From the NCBI GenBank assembly GCA_017456495.1, contig JAFTJI010000077.1, positions 1 to 58,013 on the forward strand: a DNA stretch of 58,013 nucleotides. The letters are read 5' to 3'. A program made the position numbers and the translations under genes. Position 1 is the stretch's first letter. Every line of letters begins with the position of its first letter. Positions 17,614 to 26,091 of the stretch are shown here, one piece after another. This stretch comes from Lentisphaeria bacterium. GTDB lineage: Bacteria > Verrucomicrobiota > Lentisphaeria > Victivallales > UBA1829. The notes under the pieces were generated by a model. It was not told the origin of the DNA and made no database searches. It saw nothing but the letters and a program-made list of their open reading frames with translations.

Positions 17614-19329
17614 TTAGAACTGGGGCATGGGGAATGCTTTTGTAAATTCCGCCACTTCTTTGGCGATGGCTGCGAGAGCTGCATCGTCATTTTTGTTTTC
17701 CACTGCACGGTTGATGAAATCAGCGATTCTGACCATTTCAGCTTCTTTCATGCCGCGGGTCGTGACTGCGGGAGTACCAACGCGGACTCCGCTTGTGACG
17801 AAGGGCTTTTCGGGATCGAAGGGGATCATGTTCTTGTTCAAGGTGATTCCAGCCTTGTCGCAAGCGATCTGAACTTCTTTTCCTGTGCAGCCTCTGGGAC
17901 GGAGGTCAACCAGCATCAGGTGGTTGTCGGTACCGCCGGAGACGATACGGAAACCTTTCTTGACCAGTTCATCAGCCAGAACTTTAGCGTTCTTGACCAG
18001 CTGTTCCTGATATGCTTTGAATTCATCGCTCATGGCTTCCTTGAAGCAGACAGCCTTTGCTGCAATAACATGTTCGAGAGGTCCTCCCTGAAGTCCGGGG
18101 AACACTTTGCTGTTGATTGCCTTGATGTATTTTTCTTTGCAGAGGATCAAACCGCCGCGGGGACCGCGCAGGGTCTTGTGGGTGGTTGTGGTGACAACGT
18201 CACAGTAGGGAACCGGATTCGGGTGAAGTCCGGCAGCAACCAATCCTGCAATGTGAGCCATGTCAACAAAGAGGAAGGCATTTGCTTTGTCAGCGATCTG
18301 ACGGAGTCTTGCAAAGTCGATGGTTCTGGGATATGCACTTGCACCGGCGAGGATCATGCGGGGCTTGCATTCCATTGCCATTGCTTCGATTTCATCATAG
18401 TCGATCTGTTCGGTTTCCTGAGAAACACCGTAGGGAACGATATTGTAGAGCTTGCCGGAGAAGTTCATTGGGTGACCGTGGGTCAGGTGTCCGCCGTGGT
18501 CAAGGCTCATTGCAAGAACGGTGTCGCCGGGGTTGAGCAGAGCGAAGTAGACAGCCATGTTTGCCTGGCTTCCTGCGTGGGGCTGAACGTTTGCAGCTTC
18601 TGCTCCGAACAGTTTGCAGGCACGGTCGATCGCGATCTGTTCGACCTGGTCAACATTCACGCAGCCGCCGTAGTAACGCTTTCCGGGATATCCTTCAGCA
18701 TATTTGTTTGTGAGAACGCTTCCCTGAGCAGCGCGGACAGCGGTGCTTGTGAAGTTTTCGGAAGCGATCAGCTCAATTCCTTCATCCTGACGCTTTGCTT
18801 CTGCATCGATGCAAGCAGCGATTTCGGGGTCAGCAAAACGGAGAGCTGCAATATCATCATAGCTGAGTTTTTCAGCTTTTTCGAGACGTGCCATGTGGCG
18901 GCCGCCTTCAAAAGATCCACCGAGCCATGCGGTGATGATCTTTTCGATTTCTTCTTTGGTAACATAATCAGCAGGGATGACCAGAACGTTTGCACTGTTG
19001 TGAGCGCGGCATGCAGAAGCGATCTTTTCGTTGAAGCAGAGAGCTCCGCGGACATTGTGGAAACGGTTGGCGCAGATGCCCATTCCGACACCGGAACGGC
19101 AGAGAAGGATACCGCGTTCCAGTTCTCCAAAGGAGACTGCGCGGGCAAGACCGACACCGAAATCACTGTAATCATCCAGCGGATCGAAGACTGTCGGACC
19201 GTAGTCCAGAACTTCGTATCCCTGAGCGGTCAGGGTTGCTGAGATCTCTTTTTTGAGTTCAAATCCACCGTGGTCAGCGGCGATCCCGATTCGTTTGTCA
19301 TCTTTGTTCCAGTCAGTGATAGCTTTCAT
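17614..19329 (-). CDS. glyA: Fusion protein: ribose-5-phosphate isomerase B (N-terminal ~150 aa) joined to serine hydroxymethyltransferase
   Basis: The N-terminal part has [29 protein letters not shown] and [10 protein letters not shown] (RpiB/LacAB). From about residue 160 it has [26 protein letters not shown], the lysine-site region [14 protein letters not shown], and the rest of SHMT. It is one uninterrupted frame. Confidence 0.88.
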   Translation of the reverse strand: MKAITDWNKDDKRIGIAADHGGFELKKEISATLTAQGYEVLDYGPTVFDPLDDYSDFGVGLARAVSFGELERGILLCRSGVGMGICANRFHNVRGALCFNEKIASACRAHNSANVLVIPADYVTKEEIEKIITAWLGGSFEGGRHMARLEKAEKLSYDDIAALRFADPEIAACIDAEAKRQDEGIELIASENFTSTAVRAAQGSVLTNKYAEGYPGKRYYGGCVNVDQVEQIAIDRACKLFGAEAANVQPHAGSQANMAVYFALLNPGDTVLAMSLDHGGHLTHGHPMNFSGKLYNIVPYGVSQETEQIDYDEIEAMAMECKPRMILAGASAYPRTIDFARLRQIADKANAFLFVDMAHIAGLVAAGLHPNPVPYCDVVTTTTHKTLRGPRGGLILCKEKYIKAINSKVFPGLQGGPLEHVIAAKAVCFKEAMSDEFKAYQEQLVKNAKVLADELVKKGFRIVSGGTDNHLMLVDLRPRGCTGKEVQIACDKAGITLNKNMIPFDPEKPFVTSGVRVGTPAVTTRGMKEAEMVRIADFINRAVENKNDDAALAAIAKEVAEFTKAFPMPQF

Positions 19330-19444
19330 TGTCCGGACTTCCTTTCTTTATGGATTATGGTTTTGAATAGTTTTTTCTTCTTTTTAAAACAAAAGATAAT
19401 ATACCTCTTGATTCTGAAAAATCAAGGGATTATCTGAAAAATAG

Positions 19445-19473
19445 AACAGCAGATAATGAAGAAATCTGCTGTT
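19445..19473 (-). terminator. Rho-independent terminator candidate (bidirectional hairpin) between repeat copy B and the rpiB-glyA promoter region
   Basis: AACAGCAGAT / ATCTGCTGTT form a 10-bp stem with a 9-nt loop, and T-runs follow on both strands. Confidence 0.5.
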
Positions 19474-19500
19474 TTTTGAAAAAAAGGCAGGGGAGAGTAG

Positions 19501-19753
19501 CCGGAAAATCAGGTCTTCCCGGGTTCTGGGAATACTGGGAGTACTGGGAATACTGGGAATACTGGGAATACTGGGAATACTGGGAATACTGGGAGTACTG
19601 GGAGTACTGGGAGTGTGCGGGCAAAGAAAATGTTTTGCGAAAGGAGTTTTCTTCGCGCCCCCCGGCGCAAAAAACAGTACTCCCAGTACTCTTAGTACTC
19701 CCAGTTCCCCAGCCGTTCCTTTGCTAGTGCGCTATTCCCTCCGGCTCTGCCGG
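19501..19753 (-). repeat. Structured intergenic repeat element, copy B (~253 bp), inverted relative to copy A
   Basis: It aligns over its whole length with the reverse complement of 1365-1553. The extra length is almost all additional 9-mer units. Confidence 0.88.
19527..19616. repeat. 9-bp tandem array inside copy B, 10 units of TGGGA(A/G)TAC
   Basis: tgggaatac, tgggagtac, tgggaatac x5, tgggagtac x2, then tgggagtgt. The corresponding array in copy A has 4 units. Confidence 0.9.
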
Positions 19754-19759
19754 AAACGC

Positions 19760-21604
19760 TTACGCTCTTCTCATCCAGACTGCCATGTTGCAATCTCCTC
19801 TGTTCTGCCAGAGAGCGTACGGAATTGCCCGGAACGTGACTTCTGAATATTCCGGCGGTGTCGTGGGATAAAGTTCTTCGCCTGCAAATTTTTCCCGGAG
19901 GGCTTTCCCTTCGATAACGGGGACATCGGACGGCAATCCGTCTGGCGCAGCAACGAGCTTCAACGGTTCATCCAGTTTCAAAATCATCTCTCTCACCGGA
20001 CAGGTTTGATCGATTTCTTCCAAAGTATAAACGATCGGTCCCCGCATGATTGCGATCCGTCCGGTGTTCGTGGTGATCCGCGGATTGGCATAGTACCATT
20101 CCGGATTCATCTCAAGATCAAGCTCCAGAATATCGTTGTTCCGGCAGCGGGTAATTGCTTTTTCGTTGATTTCAGCTCCGTTGAGTTTTGCATTCCACTT
20201 TCTGCACCAGCCGGGAATACGGAATTTTAACGTGAATTCCGCTTCAGATTTGATTCTGACAACGATTTTTCCATCGTAAGGATAGCCGCTTTCCACATCA
20301 AAAACAACTTTCTTTCCTTTCAATTCGATTTCTGCATGGTTGGCAGCAGGAATGTTCAGCGATATTTCATTTTCTTCCGCATTGACGGAGTAGATGAATT
20401 TTCCGAGCTGGGGAAGGAATCTTGCAAAACTCGTCGGACAACAGGCGCAGCCGAACCAGGGCTGTCGTTCTCTTGAATCAACTGCCGGTGGAAGATTCTC
20501 ATCAACTTCAAGATAGTTCGTATAAAAGAATTGATTGCCGTCCAAGCTGATCCCGGAAAGAATACCGTTATAGATACAGCGTTCAACTGTATCAAGATAT
20601 TTTGTGTTTCCGGTGATGTTGAACATCCGGATCGCGAAGAGAGCGAATCCCATGGCTGCACAGCTTTCTGCGTACATGAGACCTCCATTGGAGAGATCGT
20701 AATCCACGGAGAATTTTTCCTGATAGAAGTTTGACCCGATCCCGCCGGTCAGATACATCTGCTTTGAAACGATATGATCGTGAAGCCGTTCGCAGACTGC
20801 AAGAAGCGATTCATCCTGATCGATCTCCGCAAGATCTGCCATACCGCAGCAAAGATAGATCTGTCTGACCGCATGACCTGTTCCGGAAGTCTGTTCTCTG
20901 ACGGGGACATCTGCCTGCGCATATTTCCGTGGGGCAGGATCTTTTTCCACTTCTTCATAATAGTTCGGTTCCGTTCCCCGGTCATTGATAAAATATTGAA
21001 GGAGTTTCCGGTACTCTTCTTTTTTGGTCAGACGGTAAAGTTTTGCCAGAGCAAGTTCGATCTCTTCGTGTCCGGGCCAGCCGCGGCGTTTGCCTTCTTC
21101 AAAACCGAAAACGGAGCAGAGATAATCCGCATAACGGCAGAGACAATCCAGCAGTTTTGTTTTTCCGAGAGCCTGATACCCTGCAACGGCAGCTTCGATC
21201 AGGTGACCGGCACAATATAACTCATGGGCATAGGAAAGATGTTTAAACCGGTCTTCCGGCTTGACAATAGTGAAATAAACATTGAGATACCCATCCGGCT
21301 GCTGTGCGGAACAGATAAGATCGACCCATTCATCGTATATTTTTTCCAGTGCCGGATCCGGATTGAGGGCGAGCGTATAAGCCATGCCTTCCAGAACTTT
21401 TGCCACATCAGAATCCCAGAAAACGTGCGGCTGATTGGGCATCCCTTCTTTCCAGTCAAGAGCAAATGCCTGGATACGTCCGGTGTCGATGGTTTGTTTG
21501 ATACACTGCGGGATGGTTGCGGCGTAACAATTTTTCTGGCGCGGTGCCATGACGGAGTCTTTCAGCAAGACTGATTTCAATTCCGGTGCAGTAAATTTTT
21601 TCAT
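19760..21604 (-). CDS. GH127 family beta-L-arabinofuranosidase (DUF1680 type), cytoplasmic
   Basis: VFWDSDVAKVLEGMAY, HELYCAGHLIEAAVA, HEEIELALAKLY, plus the GH127 Zn-site pattern (YAESCAAMG and FGCACCPTSFARF). There is no signal peptide. Confidence 0.85.
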   Translation of the reverse strand: MKKFTAPELKSVLLKDSVMAPRQKNCYAATIPQCIKQTIDTGRIQAFALDWKEGMPNQPHVFWDSDVAKVLEGMAYTLALNPDPALEKIYDEWVDLICSAQQPDGYLNVYFTIVKPEDRFKHLSYAHELYCAGHLIEAAVAGYQALGKTKLLDCLCRYADYLCSVFGFEEGKRRGWPGHEEIELALAKLYRLTKKEEYRKLLQYFINDRGTEPNYYEEVEKDPAPRKYAQADVPVREQTSGTGHAVRQIYLCCGMADLAEIDQDESLLAVCERLHDHIVSKQMYLTGGIGSNFYQEKFSVDYDLSNGGLMYAESCAAMGFALFAIRMFNITGNTKYLDTVERCIYNGILSGISLDGNQFFYTNYLEVDENLPPAVDSRERQPWFGCACCPTSFARFLPQLGKFIYSVNAEENEISLNIPAANHAEIELKGKKVVFDVESGYPYDGKIVVRIKSEAEFTLKFRIPGWCRKWNAKLNGAEINEKAITRCRNNDILELDLEMNPEWYYANPRITTNTGRIAIMRGPIVYTLEEIDQTCPVREMILKLDEPLKLVAAPDGLPSDVPVIEGKALREKFAGEELYPTTPPEYSEVTFRAIPYALWQNRGDCNMAVWMRRA

Positions 21605-21708
21605 GGGATACTCCTCCTGTTTTATTCTTTTTTAATATATTTTGCAGGAAGCAGACTTGCAAATAATTTTACAGGGGACTATATTACAGAAAAAGGAGAT
21701 AAAGTTGT

Positions 21709-22476
21709 ATGTTATATGAAATTCATAACGGCGGAAGATTCATTTCCAGAGGGAAAGGGGAACACCCGACACGGATCATTGATACGGATGAGCTGATTTA
21801 TGTTCTTCATGGAACGCTTGATATGTTTGAGGGAGAGCAGCAGTTCAATGTGCGGAAAGGGGAATGGCTGATCCTTCACCGGGGAAAACGGCATGGCGGA
21901 AAAGCATTATATCCGAAAAATCTTTCTTTTTTCTGGCTTCATTTCCGGGATCTTGACGGCTGGCTTGACGGACTTCCGCAGCATGGAAAAATCGAAAATC
22001 CCTCTGCTGTTTCCGTTTATATCCAGAATTTTCTGAATGAGCAAGCCCGTGTTGAACCGGATAAAAAGATACAGGATCTTCTTTTTCAGCTGATTTTTGC
22101 CGAATTGCGGCGGAAAACTGTTCCGGAACCGGACCGGACTCCTCTTGCCATCGCTGCAAAAAATTATGTTGATCTTCATTTTATGGAACCTGTCAATTTG
22201 TGTTCTGCTGCGGAAGAACTCAAGTGCAATACAGAATATCTCGGCAGATTGTTTCATCGGTGTTACGGAGAATCTTTTGTGGCCTATCTGAACCGGAAAC
22301 GGATCGAACAGGCTGCGGGATATCTTGCTGACGGAATATATTCTGTCAAAGAGATCATTGAACTTTGCGGTTTCCGGGATCCAGCCTATTTCCGGCGGAA
22401 GTTCCGTTCCTGTTACAATCAATCTCCGGGGGAATACAGAGATAACCACAGCGGCGGTCATCGTAATACTCTTTGA
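21709..22476 (+). CDS. AraC family transcriptional regulator (cupin sensor plus AraC HTH)
   Basis: It has an N-terminal cupin-like region and a C-terminal HTH (SVKEIIELCGFRDPAYFRRKFRSCYNQSPGEYR). A good RBS (AAAGGAG) lies 11 nt upstream. Confidence 0.88.
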   Translation: MLYEIHNGGRFISRGKGEHPTRIIDTDELIYVLHGTLDMFEGEQQFNVRKGEWLILHRGKRHGGKALYPKNLSFFWLHFRDLDGWLDGLPQHGKIENPSAVSVYIQNFLNEQARVEPDKKIQDLLFQLIFAELRRKTVPEPDRTPLAIAAKNYVDLHFMEPVNLCSAAEELKCNTEYLGRLFHRCYGESFVAYLNRKRIEQAAGYLADGIYSVKEIIELCGFRDPAYFRRKFRSCYNQSPGEYRDNHSGGHRNTL

Positions 22477-22540
22477 GATACAGGATAATAGAAAGTTTTA
22501 TCATAAAACAGCATTTTATATCGGAAAAATAATAAAAAAT

Positions 22541-22602
22541 GGCAGATAATTCTATTTTTCTGATAATTTGTACTAGAAAAAAAAGAGTTTATGTATTATA
22601 AT
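22541..22602 (+). promoter_or_regulatory. Candidate promoter/operator module of the first paralog unit
   Basis: GGCAGATAATTCTATTTTT (22541-22559), TAGAAA (22574-22579) and TATAAT (22597-22602). The same layout recurs at 33120-33182. Confidence 0.45.
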
Positions 22603-22652
22603 ACAGAAAAGATAAAAAATACAGAACAAGAAATATGAAAGGAGAATATCTT

Positions 22653-25600
22653 ATGATTCGCAAAACTTTGTCTGCCGTGGCTCTGGCAGCTGCGGTGAGT
22701 TCATTCGGTGATGCAATGTCCGATGCAACGATCCTGCGAATGCCGGCAATGCCGAAAGCCCCCGTGATCGACGGTAAAATCAGCACTGATGAATGGCGTT
22801 ACGCCTCCACTACATTTGGCGGTATTTCCACAAAAACCGGACTCATGACCCGCCGTCAGAACGATTTCCGTTTCGGTTATGATGCAAAGAATCTTTATGT
22901 TTCCATCACAAGTGAAACTCCTCTTGCTCCCCAGCCGATGACTAGCGACGATCGCGTGGAGTTCCGTTTCCTTCCCCCCGGAAAAACAACTCCTGTCATT
23001 ATTGAATTTGACTATACCGGAAAAGGAAAAATTCCCGCCGGAGTGATCGTGAAAAACTCCATCGGCGTTTCTGAAATGAATTCCGAACAGGGCGAATGCT
23101 GGACAACAGAAGTTGCTATTCCTCTTTCCGTCCTCGGGGTGGAAACGATTGAAAACGGCAAGGAATGGAAATTCCAGATGATGCGCCACTGGTCAAGCCA
23201 GAAAGAAACCGGCTACTTCCACCGTCCGAAAAATGATAAAGACATGGCAACATTTATTCCCGATAAGGATGCTATGGCGGTCAGCTTCGATGGTTTCGGG
23301 CATCACATGTATCCGGCAACCGGAAACTATACCTGGACTTACCGCGTTGAAAACCCGCATAACTATAAGGCTTATGTTCACTCCAACAGTTTCCGTTCCG
23401 GTTTGGACGGCGCACCGACACTTGACATCAACAACCCCGATCTTTTCGGAAAAGAAAAGAAAGCCCGTATCGGTTACAGCGTATTGGCAAAACCCGGCAT
23501 CTCCAGTTACTTCCAGCTATATATGATGGCACAGTTCCCCGGAAAGCCCCGCTGTCTTTACTCCCAGATCGTTTCTGTCAACAGAGATAAAGTATATTAT
23601 CAGCGAGTGATGTTCTGGGACACCTCTATTTCTCAGAGAGCTGCTGTTTATAAAGATTCTGTCGGTTATCCCTATCTGAGCTGCGGTTACTATCCCTCTT
23701 TCGGTGAAAAACTCCGTGTTGCAGCTACGTTCAACAGAAAACTCCCCATCGGTTATGCTGAAATCAATGTGCGCGACTCCAAAGGAAAAGTTCTTCATAC
23801 ATTCAAAAAATCTGCATTCGGAAACCCTCTGCAGAGTTTTGAAGATCAGACTGTCCTGAAAAATCTTCCTCTCGGTGATTATACTGTCACGATGGATACC
23901 ATCGCTCTTGACGGAAGAAAATTCTCTCACAAGAGAACTTTTTCCGTCCGTAAATTTGAATGGCAGGGCTTGAATATCGGGAAGGAACGTGTGATCATTC
24001 CTCCGTTCAAACCGTTGAAGCATAACGCTTCTAAGAAAGAGGTCCATGCGCTCATGACCGGTTATAAAATCGGCGGCGGCGTTTGGGATGCAATTTATGC
24101 AGAAGGAGAGAATATTCTTGCCGCACCCATTCAGCTTTTCCTCGATGGTAAGCCGGTTGCAGCAGGAAATATCAAGCTGATCTCCGTAGAAAAAGACCGT
24201 GTTGTTTATGAAACGACTTCTCAGGCAGGAAAAGTCAAGTTCGTTTTGAATCAGGATTATGATTATGACGGATTCTGCAAACTGACCGTGAAAGTCATCC
24301 CCCAGGGTACTGTGAAAGTCAAATCTTTTGATCTCCGTATTCCTGTCAAAAACAAATATGTCAAATATTATACCGCACTGCATTCCAACCGCAAGCGCGC
24401 ACTTGGAAAACCTGACTGGTCCATTCCGGCAGGGCAGGGCGAGCTGAACATGGATTCCGCTCTTCAGCGCAAAGGAAGAATCCAGAATTATGTCTGGCTT
24501 GGTGAAGAATATAAAGGGATCAGCTGGATCATTGATTCCCAGAAAGGCTTCTCTCTTGATAAAAAGAGTTTTCCTTACAAGTTGATCCGCAAGGGTGATA
24601 CCGTCACCTTCATTCAGCAGATGGTGAACGTTCCGACAGAATGGAACAAACCCTGGGAATTTGTCATGGGCTTCTCTCCCACACCTGTCAAACCTCAGGC
24701 AAAACAGTTCCGCAGCATCTCCCAGCCGATGTATGACTATCCTACCGCAAAGGGTGCTGTTGCTGCCGGTATCATGAATGTGACCCAGTGGCCCCTCGGC
24801 TATTACTATCCCATCAACGCATTCCCTAACGGCGATGATTCCTACTTCCGCATTATGCTCGACAGCCGCGGAAACAAAGGCATAACCGAAGCGCAACGGA
24901 AAAAGAATGCGGATAATTATATTGCACGCCACAAAAACTGGGTTCTGAAGAATGCTCCTCTTGCAAGTCTCAGCAATATGAGACGTCAGTTGATGGATCG
25001 CCGTTCTTATGGAGAAGATTACATCCTGATGTATCACAATCCGGCGTTCTATTCCTGCCGCTGGGCTGAAGCTGAAATGTACAAGGCGGAATGGCTCCCC
25101 TGGGATTATCCTGTTGATGATGCTCATAATGAATATATCGCATGTCAGACACCCCAGTACATTGACAAGATGCTGTGGGAAATGCGTACTCAGGCACGAT
25201 ATGGTTTCAGCGGTATGAACTTCGACTGCTTCCCTCTCGGCGGAGGGTTCAACACTGTCTCCATGAACGCATTCCGTGAACGCCCCGGAGCAGCTCCGAT
25301 CATCAGCAATGTGAATATGCTTCAGATCGCTTCCCCCGGGATCCAAGCCGGAACCAACCTGTTCGGCTGGCGCGAACTTATGAAACGGACCGCCCATATG
25401 CTTTATACCGAAAAACGGCTTACGTTCGGTGTGCCCTGGGTGGAAGTCCACTCAACCAATGCGATCGTTCCGTCTGTCGCAGCATTCTGCTCCACGGTCA
25501 TTACAACAGAATGTGCTTCCAAAGGAAAAGATTACTATGACCGTTTCCCCGACAGCTATACTCTCTGTGATCTTGTCGGCACCCAGTCCGGTGTGGTTCC

Positions 25601-26051
25601 CCGTCCTATCTTCTCCACTGTATCCAGTCTGATTCCTAAAGCGGAACAGGTCAGGACAATGATCGCATTCTCCTTTGCTTATGGTTTGATGAACCATTGC
25701 GACCAGGGGATCGAGCGCGGTCATAAGGAATACCGGATCGCCCGTGACGAAGTCTTTACTTTCGGCTACGGCAGACCGGAAAACAAGACCATTGCTTTCT
25801 ATGACAAAGAACCGCAGCCCATTAAGTGTAATGCGAAAAACATCCGCACTACTCAGGTGATCCGTCCCGATGGAAAGGCTCTTCTCATGGTGGGTAACCT
25901 CGGCGGAAAAGTCAAAGTGAAGTTCGATCTTTCCGGATTGAACTACAAAAATTACAAGATTACAGATGTTTACACAGGAAAAGTGCTTAAGAGTGCAGAA
26001 ATTGTGGTTGATAACCACGGCTATGCTCTGCTCAAAATTGAGAAACTTTGA
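22653..26051 (+). CDS. Secreted ~1130-aa multidomain protein, paralog 1 (CBM9-like N-terminus; uncharacterised putative glycan-active core)
   Basis: I set the start at the ATG after GAAAGGAG. It has the signal peptide MIRKTLSAVALAAAVSSFG and is homologous over its full length to the ORFs at 26092, 29546, 33230 and 40387. Confidence 0.85.
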   Translation: MIRKTLSAVALAAAVSSFGDAMSDATILRMPAMPKAPVIDGKISTDEWRYASTTFGGISTKTGLMTRRQNDFRFGYDAKNLYVSITSETPLAPQPMTSDDRVEFRFLPPGKTTPVIIEFDYTGKGKIPAGVIVKNSIGVSEMNSEQGECWTTEVAIPLSVLGVETIENGKEWKFQMMRHWSSQKETGYFHRPKNDKDMATFIPDKDAMAVSFDGFGHHMYPATGNYTWTYRVENPHNYKAYVHSNSFRSGLDGAPTLDINNPDLFGKEKKARIGYSVLAKPGISSYFQLYMMAQFPGKPRCLYSQIVSVNRDKVYYQRVMFWDTSISQRAAVYKDSVGYPYLSCGYYPSFGEKLRVAATFNRKLPIGYAEINVRDSKGKVLHTFKKSAFGNPLQSFEDQTVLKNLPLGDYTVTMDTIALDGRKFSHKRTFSVRKFEWQGLNIGKERVIIPPFKPLKHNASKKEVHALMTGYKIGGGVWDAIYAEGENILAAPIQLFLDGKPVAAGNIKLISVEKDRVVYETTSQAGKVKFVLNQDYDYDGFCKLTVKVIPQGTVKVKSFDLRIPVKNKYVKYYTALHSNRKRALGKPDWSIPAGQGELNMDSALQRKGRIQNYVWLGEEYKGISWIIDSQKGFSLDKKSFPYKLIRKGDTVTFIQQMVNVPTEWNKPWEFVMGFSPTPVKPQAKQFRSISQPMYDYPTAKGAVAAGIMNVTQWPLGYYYPINAFPNGDDSYFRIMLDSRGNKGITEAQRKKNADNYIARHKNWVLKNAPLASLSNMRRQLMDRRSYGEDYILMYHNPAFYSCRWAEAEMYKAEWLPWDYPVDDAHNEYIACQTPQYIDKMLWEMRTQARYGFSGMNFDCFPLGGGFNTVSMNAFRERPGAAPIISNVNMLQIASPGIQAGTNLFGWRELMKRTAHMLYTEKRLTFGVPWVEVHSTNAIVPSVAAFCSTVITTECASKGKDYYDRFPDSYTLCDLVGTQSGVVPRPIFSTVSSLIPKAEQVRTMIAFSFAYGLMNHCDQGIERGHKEYRIARDEVFTFGYGRPENKTIAFYDKEPQPIKCNAKNIRTTQVIRPDGKALLMVGNLGGKVKVKFDLSGLNYKNYKITDVYTGKVLKSAEIVVDNHGYALLKIEKL

Positions 26052-26091
26052 TAAAGGTGAAACAAAAAATATAGAATAAAGGAACTGGCTT

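Noticed and set aside
14931-19242. Long plus-strand ORFs (14931-16322, 16335-17645, 17539-19242; 436-567 aa) lie opposite leuC, serS and glyA.
   Set aside because: They are mirror ORFs of strongly supported minus-strand genes. Their translations are low-complexity (rich in D/F/C/V/G) with no recognisable motifs and no RBS.
19527-19616. The tandem 9-bp repeats, considered as a CRISPR array.
   Set aside because: The units are contiguous with no spacers, they are far too short (9 bp), and no cas genes are present.
19430-19727. ORFs encoding tripeptide repeats run across the 9-mer arrays: YSQYSQ... on the minus strand at 19430-19624, WEYWEY... on the plus strand at 19476-19727, and the related 1448-1681. 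I considered them as possible repeat proteins or RiPP-like precursors.
   Set aside because: There is no ribosome-binding site. The ORFs run through hairpin and terminator sequence. Conservation between the two loci is at nucleotide level on both arms of the element, including non-coding parts. The repeats read open in several frames simply because a 9-bp unit has no stop codon.
1365-19753. The 18-kb segment bounded by inverted repeats, considered as a composite transposon or integrative element.
   Set aside because: There is no transposase, integrase cargo logic or target-site duplication. The content is core housekeeping (hisF, rnc, purA, leuCD, serS, glyA). The only recombinase is a canonical XerD. 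Inversion by homologous recombination remains possible and is listed as a finding.
21641-21663. The inverted hexamers TTTGCA-N11-TGCAAA in the GH127/AraC divergent region, considered as an operator.
   Set aside because: With only 6-bp arms in an AT-rich spacer, chance occurrence is likely. There is no second copy elsewhere in the window to support it.
23517-25451. Long antisense ORFs lie inside the paralog genes and neighbours: 23517-25451, 27256-28182, 30038-31471, 34355-35155, 36674-38281, 41563-42882 and 56384-57598.
   Set aside because: All lie fully within, and antisense to, coding regions with clear signal peptides, RBSs or family motifs. Their sequences are Phe/Ile/Asp/Arg-rich shadows. 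The paralog-antisense ORFs break at different places in each copy, which shows they are not conserved.
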